Under the pieces are notes generated by a model, which was given only the letters and a program-made list of their open reading frames with translations, searched no databases and was not told where the DNA came from. From positions 6,476-70,475 of the forward strand of contig JAYQVF010000001.1 in the NCBI GenBank assembly GCA_038148335.1: a DNA stretch of 64,000 bases, in the 5' to 3' direction. Both the position numbers and the translations under genes were made by a program. Positions 20,288 to 31,036 of this stretch are shown piece by piece; position 1 is the first letter of the stretch, and each line of letters begins with the position of its first letter. This stretch comes from Alphaproteobacteria bacterium. Its GTDB lineage: Bacteria; Pseudomonadota; Alphaproteobacteria; SHVP01.

Positions 20288-21736
20288 GTGATCGAAGCCC
20301 GACCCATCCTCTTCTTTCTCGGGCTGCTGCTGATCGCGCTGGCCGCGGCGATGCTCGTGCCTGCCGCCGTCGATGCGGCCAACGCGCATCCGGACTGGCA
20401 GGCGTTCCTCGGCGGCGCGGCGGTGTGTCTGTTCTTCGGCGGCAGCTGCGTCCTGACCACGCGCGGCGCCTGGAAGACGCTTTCCGTCCGGCAGAGCTTC
20501 GTCCTCACCGTCGTCAGTTGGGTCCTGCTGACGGCCTTCGCCGCCCTGCCGTTCCGCTTTGCGGGCCTCGACCTCAACTACGCCAGCGCCTTCTTCGAGG
20601 CGATGTCGGGCATCACGACCACGGGATCGACGACGCTGGTCGGTCTCGACAACGCGCCACCCGGGGTGCTGCTGTGGCGGGCAATGCTCCAGTGGCTCGG
20701 CGGCATCGGCTTCGTAGTACTCGCGATTGCGGTTCTGCCGATGCTGCAGGTCGGCGGCAACCAGCTTTTTCGCACTGAGTTCAGCGATCCCTCGGGCAAG
20801 ACGACCCCTCGGATCGCCTCCCTGGCGGCCGGCATCGGTTTGGTCTACGCGGGCGCGACGTTTGCCTGTTTCGTCGCCTACTGGGCCGCCGGCATGGGGT
20901 CCTTCGAGGCGATCGCCCATGCGATGACCACGATCGCCACCGGCGGATTTTCGACCGCGGACGCGTCGATCGGGCATTTCGCCAGCCCGCCGATCGAGAT
21001 GATCGCAACACTCTTCATGATCGTCGGCAGCCTGCCCTTCACCATGCTGCTGATCGCAGCGCGCGGCGATCCCTTGCGGATGATCCGCAGCAGCCAGGTC
21101 CAGTGGTTCATCGGTTTCCTTGCCATCGGCACCCTGACGATGGCGGCGTGGCAAATTGCGGTGAACGACGTTCAGATCCTTCGCGCACTGCGCACGGCGG
21201 CCTTCAACGTCACCTCGATCATCACCGGCACTGGCTATGCGAGCGAAGACTACTGGCGCTGGGGCACATTCCCCGGGGTCGCCTTCCTATTCTTCATGTT
21301 CGTCGGCGGCTGCGCCGGGTCGACCTCGTGCAGCGTGAAGATATTCCGCTATCAGGTTCTCTTTCTCGCGCTCAAGACCCAGCTTGAGCGTTTGCTGCGA
21401 CCGCACCGCGTCTATGTGCCGCACTACGACGGCAAGCCGCTTCCCGATTCGGTGACCGATTCGGTCTTTGCCTTCTTCTTTCTGTTCCTTCTGGTCTTTG
21501 CTCTGCTGGCCTTTGCCCTGTCTCTCCTGGGCCTCGATTTCGTGACCAGCGTTTCGAGCGCAGCGACCGCCATCACCAATGTCGGCCCCGGCCTGGGGTC
21601 GATCGTCGGCCCGGCGGGCACCTTCGCCGAGCTGTCAGACGGTGCAAAATGGCTGCTTTCACTGGGGATGCTGCTTGGACGGCTGGAGGTGTTTACAGTA
21701 GTCGTCCTGTTTACCAGCAAATTCTGGCGCGTCTGA
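20288..21736 (+). CDS. trkH: TrkH-family potassium uptake protein
   Basis: 482 aa polytopic membrane protein with repeated TTGS/TGxG selectivity-filter-like motifs (GITTTGSTT, TGTGYAS, ATGGFS). Confidence 0.9.
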   Translation: MIEARPILFFLGLLLIALAAAMLVPAAVDAANAHPDWQAFLGGAAVCLFFGGSCVLTTRGAWKTLSVRQSFVLTVVSWVLLTAFAALPFRFAGLDLNYASAFFEAMSGITTTGSTTLVGLDNAPPGVLLWRAMLQWLGGIGFVVLAIAVLPMLQVGGNQLFRTEFSDPSGKTTPRIASLAAGIGLVYAGATFACFVAYWAAGMGSFEAIAHAMTTIATGGFSTADASIGHFASPPIEMIATLFMIVGSLPFTMLLIAARGDPLRMIRSSQVQWFIGFLAIGTLTMAAWQIAVNDVQILRALRTAAFNVTSIITGTGYASEDYWRWGTFPGVAFLFFMFVGGCAGSTSCSVKIFRYQVLFLALKTQLERLLRPHRVYVPHYDGKPLPDSVTDSVFAFFFLFLLVFALLAFALSLLGLDFVTSVSSAATAITNVGPGLGSIVGPAGTFAELSDGAKWLLSLGMLLGRLEVFTVVVLFTSKFWRV

Positions 21737-21737
21737 C

Positions 21738-22904
21738 ATGCCGCAACCTTCTTCTCTCGATATGGCGAAAAAGCTCGTCAGCTTCGACACGACGAGCCGC
21801 AATTCGAACCTCGAGCTGATCTCGTTCGTCGCCGACTACCTCCGCGAAATCGGCGTCGACTCGACGGTGATCCACAACGACGAAGGCACCAAGGCGAACC
21901 TTTGGGCGACGATCGGCCCGGCTCACGTCCCGGGTGTCGTGTTGTCCGGCCACACCGACGTGGTTCCCGTCGACGGTCAGGAGTGGCGGACGCCGCCCTT
22001 CGAGGCCGCCGTCGACGGCGATCGTCTCTATGGCCGGGGGACGAGCGACATGAAGAGCTTCATCGCCGTCGCCCTGGCGCATGCCCCAGCCATGGCAAAG
22101 ACCGACCTGAAGATGCCGATCCACTTCGCGTTTTCCTACGACGAGGAGATCGGCTGCCTGGGCGTCCACGGGATCGTCAAACACGTCGGCGGCATCTCGC
22201 CACGGCCGCGGGCCGTCATCGTGGGCGAACCGACCGAGATGCGCGTCGTGAACGCCCACAAGGGCGTCTTCTCCTTCCGCACGACCGTGCGCGGCCTCGA
22301 AGCGCATTCGAGCGCGACCCATGTCGGCGTGAACGCGATCATGTACGCGGCGGAGCTCATCGGGTTCCTGTCCGAACTGGCGCGGGAGCGGCGCGAGGAG
22401 CGGCCGCACAACCATCACTTCGACCCGCCCTACACCTCCGTCCACGTCGGCACGATCCGCGGCGGGACGGCGCTGAATATCATCCCCAAGGAATGTTCGT
22501 TCGTCTGGGAATACCGCCTGCTACCGGGCGAAGACGACCGCGAGATCATTACGCGTTTCGAGGAGTTCGCCGACTCGGTGGTCCTGCCGAAAATGCAGGC
22601 GGTATCGGCGCAGGCGGCGATCCTGACCGAAGCGAGGAGCCGGGTTGCTCCGCTGGTCGCCGAGGCCGGCTCTCCGGCGGAAACGCTAGCCATGCTGCTG
22701 GCGGGGACCAACAAGACCAGCGTCGTGAGTTTCGGAACCGAAGGCGGCATCTTCCAGGAAGCCGGCATCCCGACCGTCGTTTGCGGGCCGGGCAGCATCC
22801 TGCAGGCGCACAAGCCCGACGAATTCATCGAGCTTTCGCAGATCAGGGCCTGCGAGGAATTCGTCGCGCGACTGACGGAATACGCCGCCGGTCAGCGAAT
22901 ATAG
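21738..22904 (+). CDS. argE: acetylornithine deacetylase / M20-family metallopeptidase
   Basis: 388 aa with SGHTDVVPV, a dimerisation-domain insertion, and start 2 nt after the trkH stop. ArgE versus another M20 hydrolase cannot be fully resolved. Confidence 0.75.
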   Translation: MPQPSSLDMAKKLVSFDTTSRNSNLELISFVADYLREIGVDSTVIHNDEGTKANLWATIGPAHVPGVVLSGHTDVVPVDGQEWRTPPFEAAVDGDRLYGRGTSDMKSFIAVALAHAPAMAKTDLKMPIHFAFSYDEEIGCLGVHGIVKHVGGISPRPRAVIVGEPTEMRVVNAHKGVFSFRTTVRGLEAHSSATHVGVNAIMYAAELIGFLSELARERREERPHNHHFDPPYTSVHVGTIRGGTALNIIPKECSFVWEYRLLPGEDDREIITRFEEFADSVVLPKMQAVSAQAAILTEARSRVAPLVAEAGSPAETLAMLLAGTNKTSVVSFGTEGGIFQEAGIPTVVCGPGSILQAHKPDEFIELSQIRACEEFVARLTEYAAGQRI

Positions 22905-23506
22905 GACCCCAGGTGGGTCTGGACCTGCTGTTCGAGTTCGCGGTTCAGATCGGCCATCAGGTTCTCCACCAGCTTGAACAGCAGAAGATCCCGTTCGCGC
23001 AGGGTCAGGTTTTCCGAGACCGTTTCACTGCGAACCGCCTTGGCGGCGGCAAAGGCGATGCGGAAGCCGCGGTCGTCGCGGACTTCCAGGGTGACGCCGA
23101 TCGTCGCATCGTAGCGCTCGGACTGATCAACGGCGACGGCGCCGCGGAGGCCGCGCTCGACGGGGAGCTTGGCCTCGATGACTTCGGCGGTGTCGATCAC
23201 GAACTGGGCACGACGTTCCGTGCCACTCGCGCGCAGCCGGTCTTCCGCCCACCGGCGCGCCGCCTGGGCCGGCGGCGCGGGCATCAGGTGTTCGACATTC
23301 GGCGACCTCAGGGGCGGCACGTAGTTTTCCACGATCTCGATGCTGCCGACATCGAGGCTGATCGGATCGAGATGCGTGAACGTCAGTTCGAGCTTGGGGG
23401 CTGGCGGCAAGGGCTGCGCACAGGCCGCGACGATCATGGCGACCGCCGCAAACAGCCAGGGCTTCAGGCGCCGCGGTGAGCCCAGGTCACGCCTGGCCGG
23501 TCGCAA
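22892..23506 (-). CDS. hypothetical lipoprotein
   Basis: ORF 22892..23551. The predicted signal peptide and lipobox (RRLKPWLFAAVAMIVAAC) favour the TTG start at 23506, which overlaps the hslO 3' end by ~20 nt. No recognisable family. Confidence 0.45.
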   Translation of the reverse strand: MRPARRDLGSPRRLKPWLFAAVAMIVAACAQPLPPAPKLELTFTHLDPISLDVGSIEIVENYVPPLRSPNVEHLMPAPPAQAARRWAEDRLRASGTERRAQFVIDTAEVIEAKLPVERGLRGAVAVDQSERYDATIGVTLEVRDDRGFRIAFAAAKAVRSETVSENLTLRERDLLLFKLVENLMADLNRELEQQVQTHLGSYIR

Positions 23507-24434
23507 GGCGGCTTTCGCCGTCGAAGTGATAGAGCTTGCTGCAGAATTCACATCGCACCTCGATATTCCCTGACTCGGTGATCATCTCGGCGATTTCGTC
23601 CGCGGAGAATTGGCGCAAGACCGAATCGATGCGCTCACGGGAACAGCGGCACCGAGCCTCGACCATCGTCGGATCGTACATCCAGACGCCGTCCTCGTGA
23701 AACAGGCGGCGCAGGAGTCCCTCGGGCAACAATGCGGGATCGCACAATTCGAGCGGCGTTGTAGACCCGACCAGTGCGCTGGCGTGCTGCCAATCCGCTT
23801 CGTCGACGACGTTGGCCGGCGCCTGGCCGCCGCGGCCGCCCTGTGCCGCGATGTTCTGCGCCATGATGGCGCCACCGCGCCAGCGCACCTCTCCGCCGGG
23901 ACGTTCTTCCCTTGCAACGCCGACGCGCACCACCGCGCGGAGCTGCTCGGAACGTCTGAAGTAGGCTTCCAGACAAGCGGCCAACGAAGCCCCTTCGAGC
24001 GGCACGATGCCCTGATAGCGCTGCGTGTCACCGCCCTGATCGACGGTCCAGGTGAGATATCCCTGACCAAAGAGCGCGGTTACGTCTTCCGCTCCGCCTG
24101 CGCCGGCTGCCAATGCCGTGTCGTCATAGCTGGCATAGCCGCGGATTGCGCCGGGCGTTTCGAAGTCGGCGACAATCGCCCTGACGGCGCCGTTGCCACG
24201 CACCTGGAGTGAAAACAGACCCTCGAACTTGAGCGTGCTCGACAGCGCAACGCACAAAGCAATCGCTTCGCCGAGGAGTTCGGAAACCTGCAGCGGATAG
24301 TCGTGTGTCGAGAGAATCTCGTCGAGCGCGCCGCCGAGGCGCACCAAACGGCCGCGGACGCCAATCTTGTCTACCTGAAACGGGTAAACGCGATCATCAA
24401 GATCGTCGGTCGCTGCCTCGTTTAGCCCAGACAC
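23487..24434 (-). CDS. hslO: Hsp33 redox-regulated chaperone
   Basis: 315 aa with the C-terminal zinc centre CxC...CxxC (CRCSRE...CEFCSK) and an N-terminus typical of Hsp33. Confidence 0.9.
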   Translation of the reverse strand: MSGLNEAATDDLDDRVYPFQVDKIGVRGRLVRLGGALDEILSTHDYPLQVSELLGEAIALCVALSSTLKFEGLFSLQVRGNGAVRAIVADFETPGAIRGYASYDDTALAAGAGGAEDVTALFGQGYLTWTVDQGGDTQRYQGIVPLEGASLAACLEAYFRRSEQLRAVVRVGVAREERPGGEVRWRGGAIMAQNIAAQGGRGGQAPANVVDEADWQHASALVGSTTPLELCDPALLPEGLLRRLFHEDGVWMYDPTMVEARCRCSRERIDSVLRQFSADEIAEMITESGNIEVRCEFCSKLYHFDGESRLATGQA

Positions 24435-25357
24435 CAGGTCAGGATCCCTTTCTGGGCATGGAGCCTGTTCTCGGCCTCGTCCCAGACGACGGACTGCGGC
24501 CCGTCGATGACGTCGGCGGTCACTTCCTCACCGCGATGCGCCGGAAGGCAGTGCATGAAGACTGCGCCCGGCGCTGCCATCGACATGACCTCGGCATTCA
24601 CCTGGTAGGGCCGCAGGACGTTGTGACGCATGGCTGACTTCTGTTCGGCGCCATCGGTTTCGTCGCTCATGGAGACCCAGACGTCCGTGACGATGCAGTC
24701 GGCGCCGCGGGCGGCCGCCGCGACATCGGTCGTGACGCCGACATCCGCGCCCTCGGCGCGCGCCCATTCAACGACGTCCGGTCGCAGCGACAGTTCGGCG
24801 GGGCATGCGAGATCCAGCCTGAAGCCGAAACGCGCGGCCGCGTGAACCCAGCTTGCTGCCACGTTGTTGCCGTCGCCGACCCAAGCCACCTTTCGGCCGG
24901 CGATCGCGCCTTTGGTTTCTTCGAACGTCATGATGTCGGCCATGACCTGGCTGGGATGAGTCAGGTTCGTCAGCCCGTTGATCACCGGCACGCTCGCGTT
25001 CGCCGCCAGTTCCTCGATCACCTTGTGGCTGGTGGTCCGGATCATGATTCCGTCGACGTATCGGGAGAGGACGCGCGCGGTATCCGCCACCGTCTCGCCG
25101 CGCCCGAGTTGCATTTCGACGCCGTTCATCTCGATCGTCTGGCCGCCGAGCTGGCGCATGGCGACATCAAACGACACGCGGGTGCGCGTCGACGGCTTCT
25201 CGAAGATCATCGCCAGGATACGCCCGGCCAAGGGCCCGTCGGGATCGACGGCCGCCTTGGGCAGACCGTGGCGCAGCCGCTTACGCGTCACGGCGTCATC
25301 GAGAATGCCGCGCAGTGCCGCGCCTTCCAGCGCGGCGATATCGACGAAATGGCGCAC
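24422..25357 (-). CDS. argF: ornithine carbamoyltransferase
   Basis: STRTRVSF carbamoyl-phosphate motif, HCLP motif and 311 aa length. Confidence 0.95.
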   Translation of the reverse strand: MRHFVDIAALEGAALRGILDDAVTRKRLRHGLPKAAVDPDGPLAGRILAMIFEKPSTRTRVSFDVAMRQLGGQTIEMNGVEMQLGRGETVADTARVLSRYVDGIMIRTTSHKVIEELAANASVPVINGLTNLTHPSQVMADIMTFEETKGAIAGRKVAWVGDGNNVAASWVHAAARFGFRLDLACPAELSLRPDVVEWARAEGADVGVTTDVAAAARGADCIVTDVWVSMSDETDGAEQKSAMRHNVLRPYQVNAEVMSMAAPGAVFMHCLPAHRGEEVTADVIDGPQSVVWDEAENRLHAQKGILTWCLG

Positions 25358-25360
25358 GGT

Positions 25361-26533
25361 CTAGAAGCTTGTCGCGCTCAACGCGTCGTCGAGCTTCGAC
25401 AAGGCCTCCTCGATCTGCTGGTCCTCGATGATCAGCGGCGGCAAGAGACGGACGACGTTGTCGCCAGCCGGCACGCTGAGCATGCCCCGCTTGCGCAACT
25501 CCGCAATGACGACATTCGGATCGCCCGTGCAGCGCAAGCCGATAAAGAGCCCCTTGCCGCGCACGTCGGTCACCTTGTTGCCGTGCTTTTCGCGCAGCTT
25601 CGCCAGGCCGGCCATGAGCTTATCGCCGCGCGCCAGCACGTTGTCCAACAGGCCGGGCTTGAGAACTTCCTGGAGGACGGCGAGACCGACCGCAGTCGCA
25701 ATCGGATTGCCGCCGAACGTCGAGCCATGAGAACCCGCGACCATGCCCTGGGCCGCGCGTTCGGTGGCGAGGCAAGCCCCGATCGGAATGCCACCACCGA
25801 GCGCCTTGGCCACGGACAGAACATCGGGTGTGACGCCCCAATGCTCATGGGCAAAAAGCTTGCCGGTTCTGCCGATGCCCGACTGGACCTCGTCGAAGAT
25901 CAGCAACAGGCCATTCTGGTCCGCGATGTCCCGCAGGGCCTTGAGGAAACCGTCGGCGGGAACCCGCACGCCACTCTCACCCTGGATCGGCTCGACCAGC
26001 AGCGCCGCCGTCTCCGGCGTGATCGCCGCCTTCAGGGCGTCGAGGTCGCCCAGCGGCACCTGATCGAAGCCGTCGACCTTGGGGCCGAACCCATCGAGGT
26101 GCTTTTTCTGATTGCCGGCCGCGAGCGTCGCCAGCGTGCGGCCATGGAAGGCGCCCTCGAAAGTAATGATCCTAAACCGTTCAGGATGTCCGGTCGCCGA
26201 CTGGTATTTTCGCGCAACCTTCAGGCTGCACTCGACGGCCTCCGCGCCCGAGTTCGCGAAAAACACGGTATCGGCGAACGAGTTGGCGACCAGCAGGTCG
26301 GCCAGCGCTTCCTGCGTGGGAATGCGAAACAGGTTGGAGGTATGCCAGACGCCGTCGGCCGCTTTCTTCAGCGCTGCGACCAGGCTGGGATGGTTATGAC
26401 CGAGATTCGTGACCGCGATCCCCGATGCGAAATCGAGATACTTGCGGCCTTCGGAATCGAAAACGTAGGACCCTTCGCCGCGCACGAACGCGACATCGGC
26501 CCGCGCGTAGGTTGGCATCACTGCGGAAATCAC
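25361..26533 (-). CDS. argD: acetylornithine aminotransferase (class III PLP aminotransferase)
   Basis: 390 aa with the DEVQSGIGRTG PLP motif and the LMPTY N-terminus; adjacent to argF. Confidence 0.9.
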   Translation of the reverse strand: MISAVMPTYARADVAFVRGEGSYVFDSEGRKYLDFASGIAVTNLGHNHPSLVAALKKAADGVWHTSNLFRIPTQEALADLLVANSFADTVFFANSGAEAVECSLKVARKYQSATGHPERFRIITFEGAFHGRTLATLAAGNQKKHLDGFGPKVDGFDQVPLGDLDALKAAITPETAALLVEPIQGESGVRVPADGFLKALRDIADQNGLLLIFDEVQSGIGRTGKLFAHEHWGVTPDVLSVAKALGGGIPIGACLATERAAQGMVAGSHGSTFGGNPIATAVGLAVLQEVLKPGLLDNVLARGDKLMAGLAKLREKHGNKVTDVRGKGLFIGLRCTGDPNVVIAELRKRGMLSVPAGDNVVRLLPPLIIEDQQIEEALSKLDDALSATSF

Positions 26534-26690
26534 AACGCCCTCCTGCCTGACGGCAGCCCTGATAAGGCTTTGGGAAAGCGGCAGAATATGAGGCGGCGGC
26601 GATGGCCTGTCAATCGCGGCGCGGCTTCGGAATCACCCGGAACCCGCACAAAACTGCCGTTAGCAAAGGATTAACCGGCATCCGCGCACT

Positions 26691-28916
26691 GTGGCAGATC
26701 AGCCAGAGGTGGCCAGCCGCCGGATTCGACCGTTGAGCGACGTCCTAACCGATTCACCCACCGACGCCCTCGCTCTTGCCCGCACCGATGCAGCCAGCGG
26801 GCGGCTCGGGCAAGCCATTGCGCGCCTGGCCGACGTCGTGCGGCGCACCCCCGACGCCGAGGCCGCTTTCACGCTTGGCGTCTATCTCCTCGGCGACGGC
26901 CGCGCGGAAGAGGCGTTAGCGCCCCTGCGGCAGGCTGCGACCTGGGCGCCGCGGGTCGCCGCAGTGTTCGTCAATCTGTCTACAGCGGCGATCCGCTGCG
27001 GCTACCATGACGAAGCTGTGGAAGCCGCACGGCGCGCCGTTAGCCTCGATCACGACCTGCCCGACGCGCACGGCGTTCTCGGGAACGCTCTTTCTGCAAA
27101 GAAGGACCATCCGGCTGCGGAAACAGCGTATCGCGCCGCCGCGATGCGGGCGCCCCAATCCCCGATCTGGCTGATCAACCTTGGGCATTGCCTCCTGGAC
27201 CTGCACGACGCAGGCGCTGCTCACGACGCTTTCCGCCGGGCGCTCGCCCTTGCTCCCAAGAACCATGTCGCCCTGAATGGCGAGGGTCTGGCCTACCAGC
27301 AGGAAGACCGCCACTCGGATGCCATTGCATCGTTCGAAGCTGCGCTGTCCAGCGTTGCCGAACACGCCGAGGCCTGGGGCAATCTCGCCGTCTCGCTGCA
27401 GTGCCTCGGACGCCATGAAGAAGCCCTCGGTGCAGCGAGGCGGGCGCTCGATCTGAGGGGCTCCAGCGAAGCCGCACAGAACGTCGGCCATATCTTCCAA
27501 TCGCTAGGTCGGCATGGTGAAGCGATTGCCGCCTACGAACGGGCCCTCGAACGAGATCCACAAACGCGAGGCATCCACGCCTACCTACTGCATTCGCGGC
27601 GCCACGAGTGCATCTGGACGAACGACGACAATTTTGTCCGCGCCGTGCGCGCGGCAATCGACAGTGGCGAGGTGGTGCCGCCGTTCGCCCTCGCCAGCAC
27701 GGACATCGGCCCGGCCTTGCGTCTCCGCGCGGCGCGGCGTTCGGCGCAGACCCACGAGCCTCGCGATGGCTCGCCGCAGGCGCCTCGGGCGGAACCAAAA
27801 GATCGGCTGCGGATCGGCTTCGTGTCGCCCGACTTCAAGACGCACAGCCTTGGCATGTCATTCGCTGCACTCCTGGAAGCGCCGCGCGACTTCGAATGGA
27901 TCGGCTATTCGACGCGGCGCGAAAACGGCGACTCCATAACCGCGGCGATCGCGCACGGCTTCGACGCGCTGCATGAAATCGGCGGCCTGGGCACCGACGA
28001 GGCCGCCGCCCGCATCCGCGAAGACGGCATCGACGTTCTGGTCGATCTTGCCGGCCACACCCGGGGCGGGGCGCTGGACCTCTTCGCCCGCGTGCCGGCG
28101 CCGGTGCAGGCGCACTATCTGGGCTACAGCAGCACGCTCGGGGCGCGCTACATCCCGTGGCTGATCACCGACCGGGTTCACACGCCACCCGGACTCGCGC
28201 ACTCTTGTTCGGAGGCGATCGCCTATCTGCCACGTTCGTTCATGGCGGCCGCCTGGACAGAGACCGGCAACGCCCCCCGCCGAAGCGACGAAGGACTGCC
28301 CGACACGGGCACCGTCTTCGCCTGCTTCAACGCCCACTACAAGATCGAACCGACCGCCTTCGCCAACTGGATGCATGTTCTCGCCGCAGTACCGGACAGC
28401 GTTCTGTGGCTGCGTCAGACAAACGAACGAGTCGCGGGCCGTCTGCGCGAAACAGCGCGAGCGTGCGGCATTGACCCACAGCGGCTGATCTTTGCGCCGC
28501 GGCGCGACCGACAGGTCCATCTGGCACGCCACCAGCTTGCCGACCTGTGTCTCGACACTTTCAACCACGGCGGCGGCGTGACGACGATCGATGCGATTCT
28601 CGCCGGCACCCCTGTTGTCACCTGGGCCGGTACGACGCAAACCGCACGCACCGGCGTGTCGATCCTGCAGCCGCTTGGCCTGCCGGAACTCGTCTGCGCA
28701 ACGCCCGCAGATTATGTCGCGACAGCCATTCGACTCGGGTCGGATCCCGCGGCATTGAGCCGGTTACGCAATGCCCTTCGGACGCGGGCACCGGCATCGC
28801 CCCTGTTCGATTCGGCGGCACTTGCCAATGCCCTGAACCAGGCCTTCCGGGTGATGCACGATCGCGCGGCGGCGGGCCTGGCGCCGGAGACGTTCGACGT
28901 ATCACCGCTGCATTGA
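26691..28916 (+). CDS. TPR-repeat protein with C-terminal O-GlcNAc-transferase-like (GT41/SPINDLY-type) glycosyltransferase domain
   Basis: 741 aa (GTG start) with multiple N-terminal TPR units. The C-terminal ~350 aa has OGT catalytic-domain features (FNHGGGVTTIDAILAGTPVVT). Confidence 0.8.
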   Translation: MADQPEVASRRIRPLSDVLTDSPTDALALARTDAASGRLGQAIARLADVVRRTPDAEAAFTLGVYLLGDGRAEEALAPLRQAATWAPRVAAVFVNLSTAAIRCGYHDEAVEAARRAVSLDHDLPDAHGVLGNALSAKKDHPAAETAYRAAAMRAPQSPIWLINLGHCLLDLHDAGAAHDAFRRALALAPKNHVALNGEGLAYQQEDRHSDAIASFEAALSSVAEHAEAWGNLAVSLQCLGRHEEALGAARRALDLRGSSEAAQNVGHIFQSLGRHGEAIAAYERALERDPQTRGIHAYLLHSRRHECIWTNDDNFVRAVRAAIDSGEVVPPFALASTDIGPALRLRAARRSAQTHEPRDGSPQAPRAEPKDRLRIGFVSPDFKTHSLGMSFAALLEAPRDFEWIGYSTRRENGDSITAAIAHGFDALHEIGGLGTDEAAARIREDGIDVLVDLAGHTRGGALDLFARVPAPVQAHYLGYSSTLGARYIPWLITDRVHTPPGLAHSCSEAIAYLPRSFMAAAWTETGNAPRRSDEGLPDTGTVFACFNAHYKIEPTAFANWMHVLAAVPDSVLWLRQTNERVAGRLRETARACGIDPQRLIFAPRRDRQVHLARHQLADLCLDTFNHGGGVTTIDAILAGTPVVTWAGTTQTARTGVSILQPLGLPELVCATPADYVATAIRLGSDPAALSRLRNALRTRAPASPLFDSAALANALNQAFRVMHDRAAAGLAPETFDVSPLH

Positions 28917-29570
28917 CGCCAGGAACGCCTCCATGTGGAAGCGCATGTGGGGCGGCGCATATTGGAATTCGCGTCCCACAGGGCACGCGCGGCGCGCCGC
29001 GCAGCCTTGGGCCAGACACGGCGAGGTTTCCTGGGCCGTGCAGTCGGCAACGTGGCTGTCAACGAGAGCGACCTCAGGGAAAGGGCACGCCACGCGGCAC
29101 GGCTGATCCACGCACGTCGCGCAGGGCGGAGGCTCCGGCGCCCGCAGGGGCAGAGCCAGCACTTCGTCGAACAGGAACGCCGCCCGATAGGCATGCCACA
29201 GGCCATAGCGCGGGTGAATGAAGATGCCCAGGGGAGACGGATGGACCGGCTCGCTGCGCGCCGCCCAGCTGAGAAACGGGTGAAACGGCGGACCATGATG
29301 AGTAAACACGACACTTGCGTTCGCACGTTCGGCGATCGCCCCCACGGTGCGCTCGATCCACCAATTCATGGGATCGCGCTCGTCCGGCGGGATCGTCTTC
29401 CGCGCGGCGGAAAAAGGCCCCCAGACTTCAGACCCTACATTTCCGACAAGAAGAACCGTGCGCACCGATCGCCCGAGGGTATCGACCAGTTCGCCCGTAC
29501 CGGGACAGAAGCCGCCGCGCAGCCGCAAGCCCGCCGCGCGCAGATCCACTTCGATCTCGTCGGGCGCCAT
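28902..29570 (-). CDS. ferredoxin-like protein with two atypical 4Fe-4S cysteine clusters
   Basis: 222 aa with a Cys-free N-terminal ~150 aa. The C-terminus has CxxCx4Cx3CP (CATCVDQPCRVACP) and Cx7Cx4Cx5CP. Starts 17 nt after the ALDH stop on the same strand. Confidence 0.5.
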   Translation of the reverse strand: MAPDEIEVDLRAAGLRLRGGFCPGTGELVDTLGRSVRTVLLVGNVGSEVWGPFSAARKTIPPDERDPMNWWIERTVGAIAERANASVVFTHHGPPFHPFLSWAARSEPVHPSPLGIFIHPRYGLWHAYRAAFLFDEVLALPLRAPEPPPCATCVDQPCRVACPFPEVALVDSHVADCTAQETSPCLAQGCAARRACPVGREFQYAPPHMRFHMEAFLASMQR

Positions 29571-29587
29571 GATCCGGGTCCGTCGGT

Positions 29588-31036
29588 TCAGATCTCCGGC
29601 GACTTCAGCACCATCATCTTGCGAATTTGCATGTCGTGCATCGTGTGCGGGATGCCACCGACGCCCAGACCGGATTGGCGTAGCCCTGCGAACGGCATCC
29701 AGTCGACGCGGAAGGCCGTGTGATCGTTGATCATGACCGCAGACGCGTCGAGGCGGGTGTAGGCGCGCATCGCCCGGTCGATGTCTTTGGTGAAGACTGC
29801 CGCCTGGAATGCAAACGGCAACGCATTCGCGCGATCGATCGCCTCATCCATATCGTCATAGGGATAGACGCAGATCACCGGGCCGAAGACCTCAAGCTGA
29901 GAGACTTTGACATCGTCGGGCGGGTCATAGATCACCGTCGGGCCGTAGCAGTTGTGTTCCAGCGCATCACCGCCCGAAAGGACCTCGGCGCCGCGATCGC
30001 CTGCCTCGGTGACCCAGGCGTGGATACGCTCGACCTCGCGCGGGCGGATCAGCGGCCCCACTTCGGTGTCGGCACGCGTCGGATCGCCGACGATGAGTTT
30101 GTCGGCGCCGTCGGCCAGCGCCTCCGCCAGGACGCGGGCGATGCTCTCGTGCGCGTAGATTCGCTGCACGGATACGCAAACCTGGCCGGCGTGATACATC
30201 CCGCCCTTGAGAAGCGGCGAGACGATCTCGTTCAGATCGGCATCCGGACCGACGATGACGGGCGCCGCCCCGCCATGTTCCAGGGCGCAACGTGTCCCAG
30301 GAGCCAGTTGCGAGCGCAGCGACCAGCCCACGCCCGGACTGCCGATGAAACTGAAGAAGCCGACACGGGGGTCGGTCACGAGCGCGGTGGCGACATCGCG
30401 ATTCTCGGTCACGGTGACCTGGCACCATTCCTCGGGCAGACCCGCCGCGCGCAGGATCTCGACAAAACGGATGCAGGAAAGAGGCGTGTCTTCCGACGGC
30501 TTCACGACCACCGGACAGCCCGACGCGATGGCCGGGGCGACCTGATGGGCGATCAGGTTGAGCGGATGGTTGAAGGCGCTGACCGCGACGACGACGCCGA
30601 TCGGCTCGACGGTGGTCGCGGCAAAGCGATTGGCAGAACCGGCGTTGAGGTTCATCGGAATGACCTCGCCGGCGTCGTGCTTGATGGCGTCGACGCAAAC
30701 CTCGACGCTGCTGACCGCCCGCGCCGCTTCGATCCGGGAGTCAATTAGCGGCTTGCCACCCTCGCGCGCCGCTTCCAGCGCGAGTTCGTCGGCCCGATCC
30801 CGCATGATGTCGGCAGCACGCGACAGGATTTCGATGCGCTCGGCCTTGCCCAGCCATCCGTCGCGGTTTCGGAACAGCCGGTACGCCGTGCCCAGTGCGG
30901 CTTCGACGGCGTCGTGGCCGGCGGCGTCGACCGTGGCGATGACGCTCCGGTCGAAAGGCGCGTAGACCTGCTTCTGGGCGCCGGAACGCCGGGCGTCCGG
31001 GACCATGAGAGAAAAATGAGGGGTGTTTTCAGCCAT
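29588..31036 (-). CDS. NAD(P)-dependent aldehyde dehydrogenase
   Basis: ALDH family with the catalytic-Cys region (FQAGQVCVSVQRIY, reading FNAGSANRFAATT...) and Glu motif (LEHGG). ATG at 31036 with GGGAGG 5 nt upstream; the ORF extends to 31051. Confidence 0.88.
   Translation of the reverse strand: MAENTPHFSLMVPDARRSGAQKQVYAPFDRSVIATVDAAGHDAVEAALGTAYRLFRNRDGWLGKAERIEILSRAADIMRDRADELALEAAREGGKPLIDSRIEAARAVSSVEVCVDAIKHDAGEVIPMNLNAGSANRFAATTVEPIGVVVAVSAFNHPLNLIAHQVAPAIASGCPVVVKPSEDTPLSCIRFVEILRAAGLPEEWCQVTVTENRDVATALVTDPRVGFFSFIGSPGVGWSLRSQLAPGTRCALEHGGAAPVIVGPDADLNEIVSPLLKGGMYHAGQVCVSVQRIYAHESIARVLAEALADGADKLIVGDPTRADTEVGPLIRPREVERIHAWVTEAGDRGAEVLSGGDALEHNCYGPTVIYDPPDDVKVSQLEVFGPVICVYPYDDMDEAIDRANALPFAFQAAVFTKDIDRAMRAYTRLDASAVMINDHTAFRVDWMPFAGLRQSGLGVGGIPHTMHDMQIRKMMVLKSPEI

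Noticed and set aside
24842-26674. 610-aa plus-strand ORF
   Set aside because: Antisense to argF and argD, which are both unambiguous.
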